From contig CAWEFP010000022.1 of assembly GCA_963808295.1 (NCBI GenBank), positions 111,464 through 175,463 on the forward strand: 64,000 nt of DNA. Reading direction: 5' to 3'. Below the pieces are notes generated by a model. It was not told the origin of the DNA. It did not search any database and was given only the letters and a program-made list of their open reading frames with translations. The position numbers and the translations under genes were made by a program. The DNA comes from an uncultured Actinomycetes bacterium. Its GTDB lineage: Bacteria; Actinomycetota; Actinomycetes; Streptosporangiales; Streptosporangiaceae. Shown in pieces: positions 19,451-28,856 of the stretch. Within the stretch, counting starts at the first letter, position 1. The number at the start of each line of letters is the position of its first letter.

Positions 19451-19741
19451 ATGCGGACCGCCGAAGCCGTAGTCAAGACCGAGCACCGGACCGCTACCTC
19501 GCCAGCTCTGCAAGCACGCCAGCAAGATGGGCGGCCACCTGCGCCATCGGCCTGGCAGCCACGCCGATGGTGCCACGCCCCGAGATACGGCACTCCGAAT
19601 CGTCAGCCACCGACGGAACCGTCACCCTGAACTGGGGCCAGTGGACCATGCACGCCGCCCCCGGCACGCTGACACTGCGCGCGGAAGCCGACAGCGAAGG
19701 AACACCTGCGGCGGATGCAGGATCTCGTCACCGAGGGCTAG
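19451..19741 (+). pseudogene. DUF2218-like protein, at least 3 frame changes
   Basis: MRTAEAVVKTEH.., MGGHLRHRPGSHADGATP and EIRHSESSATDGTVTLNWGQWTMHAAPGTLTLRAEADSE are found in three frames after a GGGAGGA RBS. Confidence 0.5.
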
Positions 19742-20617
19742 CCGGGACCGCCGGCCGCGGAGGCGACCTCCTGCTCGATCTCCTCGTGCACCCAGACGGC
19801 CCGCTCGGACACCTCAACGAGGTCCGCGTACGTCCAGTGCTGGCTGTCACCGGCGGGCGTGCGCAGCGAAACGGCCCCGTCCCGGCAGCAGAGGGTCAGG
19901 CCGCGCGGCACCCAGAGCACCGACATGTCCGCGGCGGGCTGATCGGTGCGCCGGAGCCGTCCGCCGAGGCCCCGCGCGGACAGCATCGCCTCGAGTTCTC
20001 CGGTAGCCTGCTGCGCGCTCAGCCGGCGGCAACGGCGCATCACGGCCAGATCCGCCGCCCACGCGTCGCTCCTGCCGGGCACCGCGGGCACGTGCTCCCG
20101 CGCCGGAGCGGGCAGCGCGAACCAGACCGCCTTGCCGCGCACCTGCCACCCGCCCAGCCGGGACCGGGTCAGGTGATAACCCCATCGCCCGCTGGACAGC
20201 TCGTGCACGATCTGAAGCCCCCGGCCGCTGACCGCCCCGGCGGAGGCCCGGAGCGGGACCGAACCCGGCGCGCGGCCCAGTGTCCAGCCCGGCGAGGCGT
20301 CGAACACCTTGCACACCAGCTCACGCGTCATGCCGCTGCCGCGCAGGTACAGCCAGAGTTCGGGACGCGCCGTGACCGGCCGCCCGCCGCCCCGCACACG
20401 CGGTATCCGGCCGCGCGTGCAGGGCCTTGGCCGCGTGCAGGGTATTGGCGGCCAGTTCACTCGCCATCATGGTGCCGTCGCAGCTCAGCTCGTCCCTGAT
20501 CCCGGCCTCGGCCGCGGCGTCACGGTAGAGCTGGCGGGCCGCCCGGGCGCAGGAGGCGTCCATGGGCAGCGGCCAGGCGCAGCACGCTCCGGTCAGCAGA
20601 TTGCGCAAGCCGCCCAT
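19738..20617 (-). CDS. HATPase_c / anti-sigma-factor-like ATP-binding protein of the WhiJ-type cluster; one frame break near 20400-20460
   Basis: The N-terminus (ORF 20321..20617) reads AWPLPMDASCARAARQLYRDAAAEAGIRDELSCDGTMMASELAANTLHA. The C-terminus (ORF 19738..20460) reads ELWLYLRG...VCKVFDASPG...GRGLQIVHELSSGRWGY...GKAVWFAL. Confidence 0.6.
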
Positions 20618-20989
20618 ATCTGCTTCCTCCCACAGGATCGCCGCCTCAGGTCACCCCGGCCGCCGCGGCCCTGGGCGACCGCACGCACGTTCCACAATGC
20701 CAGGCTTGCATTCTCAAATCTGTGAGCACATTATGAGTTGCGCACAGCGTTCCGCAAGCTTTGGTGATCAATAACACACAATCAAAGCTTCCCGCGCACC
20801 GCCGCGATGCGGGCGTTACCGGGTATCCAGCCGTCAGCTCACATATGCCCTGCATATGCGGCGTGTTTATCTCAGCTAACGACCGGCGGCGGGCCGATAT
20901 GGCCGCAAACAAATAGCACGTGTACAGTCACAATCGCGGCGGAAAACCACATGGCGGACCGCCAGGCCTTGAGACAGGGGCAGTAAATG

Positions 20990-21028
20990 GGTGGATCCCC
21001 CCGGGATTGCCCCCCGGGGGGATCCACC
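20990..21028. terminator. 16-bp perfect GC-rich hairpin downstream of the DUF397 gene
   Basis: GGTGGATCCCCCCGGG-attg-CCCGGGGGGATCCACC sits about 10 nt after the stop at 21037. There is no clear U-tract. Confidence 0.5.
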
Positions 21029-21036
21029 ACCCCCCG

Positions 21037-21246
21037 CTACGACACCTCGATGTCGTAGCGCCCCCCCTTCACATCCGCCAGGAATCTGGCGAATGCCGTC
21101 CGGTCGATGACGTGCGCGCCGCCTTCCGGCTGCTTGCTATCCCGTAGAGCGGTCACGCCAGGAAGGTTGGCCGCGATCTCCACGCAGCCGCCATTGTGCG
21201 AGCTACGGCGGGCCTTCCGCCAGATGGCTTGAGACAGATCGGTCAT
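21037..21246 (-). CDS. DUF397 domain protein
   Basis: AIWRKARRSSHNGGCVEIAANLPGVTALRDSKQPEGGAHVIDRTAFARFLADVKGGRYD is the canonical DUF397 pattern. Confidence 0.85.
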   Translation of the reverse strand: MTDLSQAIWRKARRSSHNGGCVEIAANLPGVTALRDSKQPEGGAHVIDRTAFARFLADVKGGRYDIEVS

Positions 21247-21249
21247 TGC

Positions 21250-22122
21250 TTACTCCAGTCGGTCAGCGAGACGCTCGAGATAGGCCACCGTGTCGCGCGG
21301 GTCGAGCGCCCCGTCGCAGGCACGGTCGAACGACTGCGTGTAGCCGTGCACTGATTCGCGCTTGCTCACCTCCTCGATCATGTAGTCGGTCTCCACGAAG
21401 ACGAGACTCGGCTCCCCGCCGCCGAAGCCGAAGATGTTGACCATGGAGTGCGCGCCGCTCGGCGGCCCATCCTCGAAGCGCTGAACGCGCAGCTCGACGT
21501 TGCGGCGGGCCGCCATGTCGGCCAGGTGGAGAATCTGCTCCCTGCGGTCGGCGTGGGTGCCCCACCGGTACAGCAGGGACGCCTCGGTGATCACGGCGCT
21601 CAGCGTCGGGGCGGTCCCGTCCGAGCGGTCGAGAATTTCCTGCCGCCGCAGCCGTGCGGCCAGCGCGTCACGCCGCCACTTGGGCGGCCGGGGACCGGTC
21701 CGCAGCAGTGACTCGATATACGCCGGCGTCTGCAGCAACCCGGGCAGGATGAGCGGCATGAACGCGCGGATGGTGCTGGCGTCGTTCTCGTAGCCGGGGA
21801 ACTCGCTGTCGAAGATCTCCGGGAAGTCACGCCACCAGGGCCGGGCCCGGGCCCGCACGGCGAGTTCCTCGACCTCCTCGCCCTCGCTGCCCGTGACGCC
21901 GTAGATGCGCAGCAGGTCCCGGACGTCGCTCATCTCGGGGCGCTTCCACTGATTGGCCTCGAAGCGGCCCACCTTGCCCCGGCCCCAGTTCAGGATGTCG
22001 CAGACGTGGTTGGCGGTGTAGCCGCTGGCCACGCGGAGCTCGGACAGGCGGTGAGACAGCCGGCGCTTGGCGATGGTGGCGCCGTAGGCATCGTCGCTCA
22101 CGCCGCTCTGCCTCCCTGACAA
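21250..22122 (-). CDS. XRE-family HTH regulator with DUF5753-like C-domain (WhiJ-like)
   Basis: IAKRRLSHRLSELRVASGYTANHVCDILNWGRGKVGRFEAN (HTH) and LLQTPAYIESLL...AVITEASLLYRWG. It lies 4 nt upstream of the DUF397 gene. Confidence 0.85.
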   Translation of the reverse strand: MSGRQSGVSDDAYGATIAKRRLSHRLSELRVASGYTANHVCDILNWGRGKVGRFEANQWKRPEMSDVRDLLRIYGVTGSEGEEVEELAVRARARPWWRDFPEIFDSEFPGYENDASTIRAFMPLILPGLLQTPAYIESLLRTGPRPPKWRRDALAARLRRQEILDRSDGTAPTLSAVITEASLLYRWGTHADRREQILHLADMAARRNVELRVQRFEDGPPSGAHSMVNIFGFGGGEPSLVFVETDYMIEEVSKRESVHGYTQSFDRACDGALDPRDTVAYLERLADRLE

Positions 22123-22260
22123 GTTCTTAACTTCAACATGAGACTACCCAACTTGCGATTCGCAGATCTACACCTCTAATGAGCAAATCTCGGCCGGACC
22201 GGCCCATTCCGGCGACCCGCCAGGGCCGCCCCACTCCTCGTTCTGCGGCATACGACCAGG

Positions 22261-22797
22261 TCAAACCGTCCTAATAGCACCCCGCGGACGGCCTAAGGGG
22301 GTGGCATTACCAGCCGCATCGTCGAATTCGCCTTTTCGGGCGCCATCCAGAAAGCACTCCCACTCGTTCCGGTCGAACACGAGGACCCGGCGGTCCGGAT
22401 CACCGGCGACCCGCATCAGAATCCAGTCCCCGTCGCGTCGTTTCGCCGCCCTGTGCACACGGCTATCCCCGGACGCCCCGGGCCCACCAGATGTCCCGGG
22501 CACACTGGGCGCCCCGGAAACGCCCGCTACGCCGGGCACCCCGGAAACGCCCGCACGCCGGGCACCCCGGGAACGCCCGCCACCCCGGAGCGGGGGCCAC
22601 CCCGGGAGCGGGGGCCACCCGGGAGCGGGGGCCACCCCGGAAACGGGGGCCACCCCGGGAACGCCCGGGGCCCCGAAAAGCCCAGCGGTCACGCGAGCAA
22701 AAGCAATCTCAATGGCACCGGCGCCCTCTCCCGAACGCTGCCATTCCTGAGCGTCAGGATCGATGCCGAGTTCCTCGACCGTGGGCTTGGCGGTCAC
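22261..22797 (-). CDS. DUF397-like protein split by a ~90-aa repeat insertion
   Basis: AQEWQRSGEGAGAIEIAFARV, then a GVPGVAPVSGVAPAPGWPPLPGWPPL...GVSGVPGVAGVSGAPSVPGTSGGPGASG insert, then DWILMRVAGDPDRRVLVFDRNEWECFLDGARKGEFDD. The GTG start overlaps the methyltransferase stop (GTGA). Confidence 0.65.
   Translation of the reverse strand: MTAKPTVEELGIDPDAQEWQRSGEGAGAIEIAFARVTAGLFGAPGVPGVAPVSGVAPAPGWPPLPGWPPLRGGGRSRGARRAGVSGVPGVAGVSGAPSVPGTSGGPGASGDSRVHRAAKRRDGDWILMRVAGDPDRRVLVFDRNEWECFLDGARKGEFDDAAGNATPLGRPRGAIRTV
22470..22675. repeat. GC-rich tandem repeats (two unit types) inside the DUF397-like gene
   Basis: cgccgggcaccccggaaacgcccg occurs about 3 times and ccaccccgggagcggggg about 4 times. 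On the coding strand these are TTCCGGGG..CCCC mini-hairpin units. Confidence 0.85.
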
Positions 22798-23618
22798 GGG
22801 CGCCTGGCAACCCCGCAGTAGAGCCAGCGCTGGCCCTCGCTGTCCGCGAGTACCGGATCCTCCGCGCCCCAGACGCCGGTGAAGCTGAGGCCGGGGTCGG
22901 CGCCCTCGTACGGCGGAACCAGTTCCAGCCCGTCGAAGAACCGCGCGATATCCGCGAGCGACCGGAAGTGCATGCGCTCGCTGGCCCTGTCGAAGACGGC
23001 ACGGAAGCGCTCCACGGTGAGCGGCGGCTTGCGCTCGTCGGTGAGGTGCGACAGTGACAGGTAGCTTCCGGGGGCCACCGCATTCATGTAGCGCGCCACC
23101 AGGCCCCAGGGATCCGAGCCGTCGGACACGAACATCAGGACGGCGGTCATCAGCACCCCGACCGGCTCGCTGAAATCGATGAGCCGCCGAAGCTCCGGGT
23201 GACCGAGAATCGTGTCCGGCTCGCGCATGTCACCACGGATCACGGCGGTCGTCCCCGCGCCGGCGAGCAGCAAGCGGCCCTGCGCTTCCACCATCGGGTC
23301 GTTGTCGATGTAGATGATCCGGGCGTCCGGGATCACCTGCTGGACGACCTCGTGCGTGTTGCCGACGGTCGGCAGCCCGGAGCCGATATCGATGAACTGC
23401 CGGATCCCGCGCTCGGCGATCCATTTCGCCGCCCGCTGGTGAAACCCGCGGTTGGACCAGGCGCAGTCCCTGATCTCCGGTACGGCGCCCAAGATCTGCT
23501 CGGCGGCACGCGCGTCCACGTCGAGATAGTGCTCACCGCGCAGCATGTAGTCATAAATCCGCGCAGGGGTGGGAACGCTGGCATCCGCCCCCGCGGGGAC
23601 CGGTGACGTCTGAGCCAT
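22794..23618 (-). CDS. SAM-dependent methyltransferase (DUF574 / Methyltransf_19-like)
   Basis: ARIYDYMLRGEHYLDVDARAAEQILGAVPEIRDCAWSNRGFHQRAAKWIAERGIRQFIDIGSGLPTVGNTHEV...IIYIDNDPMV. Confidence 0.8.
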   Translation of the reverse strand: MAQTSPVPAGADASVPTPARIYDYMLRGEHYLDVDARAAEQILGAVPEIRDCAWSNRGFHQRAAKWIAERGIRQFIDIGSGLPTVGNTHEVVQQVIPDARIIYIDNDPMVEAQGRLLLAGAGTTAVIRGDMREPDTILGHPELRRLIDFSEPVGVLMTAVLMFVSDGSDPWGLVARYMNAVAPGSYLSLSHLTDERKPPLTVERFRAVFDRASERMHFRSLADIARFFDGLELVPPYEGADPGLSFTGVWGAEDPVLADSEGQRWLYCGVARRP

Positions 23619-23709
23619 CGCCGCCTCCGCTGAAACCGTTACTTACAGTGTGTCACGGGATGTGCGAATCGCGAACCGCAACATCGCATAACTGTGCCAC
23701 ATCCGGCCA

Positions 23710-26700
23710 TTAACCGCCTGCCTCCAGGTCACCCTCCAGGTCCAGGAAGACCTGCCGGAGCTGGTCCAGCGTCTTCGGATCCGGCTCCGCCCACATGCCT
23801 CGCTGGGCCGCCTCCAGCAGACGTTCCGTGATGCCCCGCAGCGCCCAGGGGTTGGATTTTTCCATAAACGCGCGGTTCTCCGGGTCGAACACGTAGGCGG
23901 CGGCGAGCCGCTCATACATCCAGTCCGCCACGACGTGCGCGGTCGCGTCGTACCCGAACAGGTAGTCCACCGTCGCGGCCAGCTCAAACGCGCCCTTGTA
24001 GCCGTGCCTGCGCATCGCCGCGATCCACCGTGGATTGACCACCCGGGAACGGAACACCCGGCGTGTCTCCTCGGCCAGCGTGCGGGTCTTGACCGCATCG
24101 GGGGTGGCCGAATCGCCGATATAGGCGGCCGGGCTGCGCCCGGTCAGCGACCGGACCATGGCCACCATGCCGCCGTGGTACTGGAAGTAGTCGTCGGAGT
24201 CGGCGATGTCGTGCTCGCGGGTGTCGGCGTTCTTGGCCGCCACCGCGATCCGGGCGAACGCGGTCTCCATGTCGGTCCGCGCGGGGGCACCGTCGAGGTC
24301 GCGGCCGTACGCGTAGCCGCCCCAGACCGCGTAGACCTCGGCGAGGTCGGCGTCGTCGCGCCAGTTCCGCGCGTCGATCAGCGGGAGCAGGCCCGCCCCG
24401 TAGGCGCCCGGCTTCGAGCCGAAGATCCGGGTCGTCGCGCGGCGCCAGTCCCCGTGCGCGGCCTGGTCGGCGGTGGCGTGCGCGCGCAGGTAGTTCACCT
24501 CGGCGGGCTCGTCCAGCGCCGCGACCGCGGCGATCGCGTCGTCCAGCAGCGCGATGACGTGCGGGAACGCGTCACGGAAGAAGCCGGAGATGCGCACGGT
24601 GACGTCGATCCGCGGCCGTCCCAGCTCCTGCGCCGGGACGACCGCAAAGCCGGTGACCCGGCGCGAGACCTCGTCCCAGACCGGGCGGCACCCGATCAGG
24701 GCGAGGACTTCGGCGATATCGTCACCCTGGGTGCGCATCGCCGAGGTGCCCCAGACGGTCAGGCCGATGCAGCGCGGGTAGCTGCCCTCGTCCGCGAGAT
24801 GCCGGGCCAGCAGCGATTCGGCCAGCGCCGCCCCGGTGTCCCAGGAGTTCGGCGACGGGATGGCCTTGGGGTCGACCGAGTAGAAGTTCCGCCCGGTCGG
24901 CAGGACGTTGACCAGCCCGCGGGTGGGTGACCCGGACGGCCCGGCGGGGATGTACCCGCCGGACAGCGCGCGCAGCACCGCACCGATCTCCCCGGTCGTC
25001 GCGGCCAGGCGCGGCACCACTTCGGCACACGCGAACTGCAGAACCCGCGCCACCGCGGCCGGCTCCGCCCCTCATGCCGAACGGGCCATGGCGCTCCTTC
25101 TCCCCCGTCCGGGGCATTCCCGGCGAGGGGAAGGGCGGCGGGAGCGTCACCGGGGGCCATTGAGGTGGCGGGAGCGAAGTCGTCGGCGGGAGTCCGGGAC
25201 GTGGCGGCGGGAGTGGCGGGAGCTCCGCGGAGAGGTTGTGGCGGCGGGAGTTCCGGGAAGTTCTGTGGCGGCGGGACGAAGTTCTGTGGCGGCGGCGGCC
25301 GGGGGCGGTGGGCGGGCCTCCTCGGCGAGCACGGTGGCGGCGACGCTCGGGCGCGCGGGCGGCGTCCCAGTTGGTGGCGGCCACGGCCTCGACGAGGGCG
25401 CGGGCGGTGCGCTCGTAGCGGTCGGTCTCGGTGCGGGACGCGTCGTCGCGGCCCTCGGCCAGCCCGAGCGCGGCGCGCAGCCCCGGCAGGGCGCCCCAGC
25501 GGGCGCTCCACAACTGCGCGGAACGCAGGATGACCAGGACCAGGTTGGTGAGCGCTTCCCCGGTGGGCGCCTCGCCGAGGATGTGCAGGCCGTCCCGGAT
25601 CGCGGCGTCCTTGACCTCGCAGAGATAGCCGTCGATGTGCAGCACGAACTCGTCGAACTCGGCCGCGCCCGGCTCGGCCGGCACGTCCAGGTCGTGGTGA
25701 AGCTGCGCCGCGTGCACCAGCGACCAGATCTGCGCCCGGACCGCGGGCAGCTTGCCCGGATCCAGCGCCGCGACCGTCGCGTACTCATCCAGCAGCTGTT
25801 CCAGCTTGGCGAGCTCGCCGTAGCTGTCGGCGCGTGCCATCGGCGGGACCAGGTGATCGACGATGACCGCGTGCGCGCGCCGCTTGGCCTGGGTCCCCTC
25901 CCCCGGGTCGTTGACGATGAACGGGTAGATGAGCGGGATGTCCCGCAGGACCGCGTCGGGCGCGCACTCCTGCGACAGGCCGAGGCCCTTGCCGGGCAGC
26001 CATTCCAGGGTGCCGTGCTTGCCGAGATGGATGACCGCGTCCGCGCCGAACTCCTCATCCAGCCACCGGTAGGCCGCCAGGTAGTGGTGGGACGGCGGCA
26101 GGTCCGGGTCGTGGTAGATGGCGACCGGGTTCTCGCCGAAACCGCGCGGCGGCTGGATCATCACCACCACGTGCCCGAACCGCAGGGCGGCCAGCACGAT
26201 GTCGTCGCCGTCGGTGTAGAGCTCGCCCGGCGGCTCCCCCCACTGACTGGTCAGCTTCTGCCGGGGCCCGTTCGGCAAAGAAGAGAACCACTGACGGTAC
26301 GCCGGCAGCGGGACCCGCGCCGGTGCGGCGCTGAGCTGCTCCTCGGTCAGCCATTCGGTGTCGTAGCCGCCGGCCGCGATGAGCGTGTGGATGAGCGTGT
26401 CGCCGTCGTCGGGGAAACCGTCGCCGAGGTCGTACCCGGCCTCGCGGAGGGCCTGCAGCAGGCGGACCGCGGAGGCGGGGGTGTCGAGGCCGACGGCGTT
26501 GCCGACCCGGGAATGCTTCGTTGGGTAGGAGGAAAGCATGATCGCGACGCGCTTGTCCCGGTTCGGGGTGGCGGCCAGGCGCGCGTGCCGGACGGCGATG
26601 CCCGCGAGGCGGCCGGCCCGCTCGCGGTCGGCGACGTAGACCGGGATCCCATCCGGCCCCTCCTCCTTGAAGGAGAACGGGACCGCGATCAGGCGCCCGT

Positions 26701-27649
26701 CGAACTCGGGGATGGCGACCTGCATGGCCGCGTCGATCGGGCTCAGGCCGCCGCCCGCGTCGTGCCACTGGGCGCGCGATGAGGTCAGGCAGAGGCCCTG
26801 GATGAGCGGGACGCCCAGCCCGGCGAGCGCGCCCGCGTCCCAGTCGCCGTCGGTGCCCGCGTCGGCGGCGACCGAACCCCCGGCCGCGAGGACCGTCGTG
26901 ATGATGACGCTGGCCGGGCGGAGAAGTTCGGCCAGGCCGGGATCGGCGGCCCGGAGCGAGGAGCAGTACACCGGCAGCGGTGTCGCGCCGTGCTCGGTGA
27001 TCGCCGCGCAGAGCGTGTCGACGAAACCGGTGTTGCCCGAGAGCTCGTGCGCCCGGTAGAAGATCACCGCGACCGTGGGCGGCGCCGTGCCGGGGCTGTC
27101 GCCCGCGGCGGGGCCGACCGGCGGGCGGGGGCGGGATTCGCCGGGGCGGGATTCGCCGGGGCGGGATTCGCAGGGGCGGGATTCGCAGGGGCGGGGTTCG
27201 CAGGGGCGGGGAGGCGGTGCAGGCCGTAGGCGGGGCGCGGGCTCGGGCGGGGCGAAACCCTGGCCGGTGAGCAGCACGGTGTCGGACAGGAACGCCGCGA
27301 GCTCGCGCAGGTTGGCGGGGCCCTCCTCGCGCAGGTAGCCGAGCGCCTCGGCGGCCACCCCGGCCGGGACGGTGGACAGCGCCATGAGTTCCGCGTCGGG
27401 TGCCGATTCGCCGCCGAGCGCGACCAGCGGGATCCCGGTGGCGCGCAGCGCCGCGACCCCCGCGGGCCACGCCTGGCGCCCGCCGAGCAGGCGCAGCACG
27501 ACGATGTCCGCCCCGTCCGTCAGCGCGGCGAGCGGTCCCGGCTCATCGAGCGAGATACGCACCGGGTTCGCGGCCCGGTAGCCCGCCCCCGAAGCGCGCG
27601 CGGCGAGGAGCTCGGTATCGGCGGTGGAAAGGAGCAGGATCGTGGCCAC
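23710..27649 (-). CDS. cobN: cobaltochelatase subunit CobN; interrupted by a repeat-rich segment with frame change (25053-25400) and carrying a second in-frame repeat
   Basis: From the GTG at 27649: VATILLLSTADTELLAARASGAGYRAANP...IFYRAHELSGNTGFVDTL...HLGKHGTLEWLPGKG...DPGEGTQAKRRAHAVIVDHL. The C-terminal 447 aa (ORF 23710..25053: VLQFACAEVVPRLAATTGEI...GGYIPAGPSGSPTRG...) is in another frame. Confidence 0.85.
25165..25300. repeat. degenerate gtggcggcgggag-type repeats in the cobN interruption
   Basis: gtggcgggagcgaagtcgtcggcgggagtccgggacgtggcggcgggagtggcgggagctccgc...gttctgtggcggcgggacgaagttctgtggcggcgg. Confidence 0.65.
27128..27210. repeat. 15-bp tandem repeat x5 inside cobN (CESRP/GESRP units)
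   Basis: cgggattcgccgggg x2, cgggattcgcagggg x2 and cggggttcgcagggg. The protein reads PCEPRPCESRPCESRPGESRPGESRP. Confidence 0.9.
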
Positions 27650-27899
27650 CCCCCGATCCTGCCACGGCGGCGCGAGCCATCCTCCCGCCTTCCCGCCTCC
27701 CCCGCTCCCGGCGGCCCGTGGCCGAGCGACCACGATGCCCCTGCCGGGACCCGCCCCGGTACCCGCGACGGCACCTCTGCCCTCGGGTCGGCCATCGCCG
27801 CCGTCTTCCTGCTCGGGTTCGGCCTGCGGCTGGCTCGTCCACCAAGCTGAACGCCCATCTCCGCCGACCCCATCGGGCGCTGGCCGGAGTGGCCGGGAG

Positions 27900-28397
27900 T
27901 TAGAGCACCGTGCTGCCGTACATCTCACCGAGCGGATCGGCGAGCAGTTCGATGCGCGCGCCGTCCGGGTCCCGGAAGTAGATCGACGTGCCGCTTTCCA
28001 TCTGGTAGGGGACACCGGCCGCGTCGAGCTTGCCGCGCAGGTGCCGCCACGACTCCGGGGTCACCGAAATGGCCAGGTGATGCAGGCCACCGAGGACCTC
28101 CGCGTACGGGCCCACGTCCAGGCCGGGAAAGTCGAAGAACGCGAGCAGGTTGCCGTTGCCCAGGTCGAAAAAGAAGTGGCTGGAGCCCTTGTAGTCGCGG
28201 TTCTCGATGATCTCGGTCAGCGGGAACTCCAGCAATTCCTGATAGAAGCGGATGGTCCGTTCGGGATCGGAACTGATCAGCGCGGTGTGGTGCACTCCGC
28301 GGGCACTGCTGACCGGCCGCCGGTCCATCAGGTAGGCGGCGCGGAGCCGGGATCGTTGCTCGTCGAGCGCGGCCAGGTCGGGCGGGGTGTCCGTCAT
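27900..28397 (-). CDS. VOC / glyoxalase-bleomycin-resistance-dioxygenase family protein
   Basis: From the ATG at about 28397: MTDTPPDL...GVHHTALISSDPERTIRFYQELLEFPL...GGLHHLAISV...TSIYFRDPDGARIEL. Confidence 0.8.
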   Translation of the reverse strand: MTDTPPDLAALDEQRSRLRAAYLMDRRPVSSARGVHHTALISSDPERTIRFYQELLEFPLTEIIENRDYKGSSHFFFDLGNGNLLAFFDFPGLDVGPYAEVLGGLHHLAISVTPESWRHLRGKLDAAGVPYQMESGTSIYFRDPDGARIELLADPLGEMYGSTVL

Positions 28398-28619
28398 GTC
28401 GATATCTCCGGTTCGGAAATCCCGGCGACCGGGCACGGCGATCCGGCGGGCCGCTGCGCGGGAGGCTCGCAGTGAGGATGCCCGGGCGCCGCCGGCCTGA
28501 AGCACGCAAGCCCGCCGCCCCGCCGCCCCGCCGCGCAGGGGCGCGGTCGCGGGACGGCGGGAGCTTGCGGCCGACAAAGAACTGGCGGCCCGGCCGACCG
28601 GGTTACCAGGCGGGCGGCG

Positions 28620-28856
28620 TCAGGAGACGAGGTGGTCGAACTCCCCGTCCCGCAGGCCGTCCATGAGGGCCACGATGGCGTCCCGGCGGCAAATAAGCGC
28701 CGGCCCGTACGGGTCCCTGGAGTTCCGCATCGCAACTATCTCGGCGTCGATCCTGGCAATCTCCACGCAGGCGCCCTGTGAGTTGCTGCGCTGGCTCTTC
28801 CGCCAGGCCGCTCCCTCAAGGTCTCTGGCAGACATGCCGTTGTAGATGCCACCCAT
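28620..28856 (-). CDS. orphan DUF397 domain protein
   Basis: MGGIYNGMSARDLEGAAWRKSQRSNSQGACVEIARIDAEIVAMRNSRDPYGPALICRRDAIVALMDGLRDGEFD. The ORF track offers a longer GTG start at 28919. Confidence 0.75.
   Translation of the reverse strand: MGGIYNGMSARDLEGAAWRKSQRSNSQGACVEIARIDAEIVAMRNSRDPYGPALICRRDAIVALMDGLRDGEFDHLVS

Noticed and set aside
27650-27899. Second cobalamin riboswitch upstream of cobN
   Set aside because: The region has GGTGGACGAGCC and GAGCAGGAAGACGGCGGC, which are vaguely like the GGUG core and the B12 box. However, they are only about 30 nt apart and the CGCAACUGU-type element is missing. A covariance-model search would be needed.
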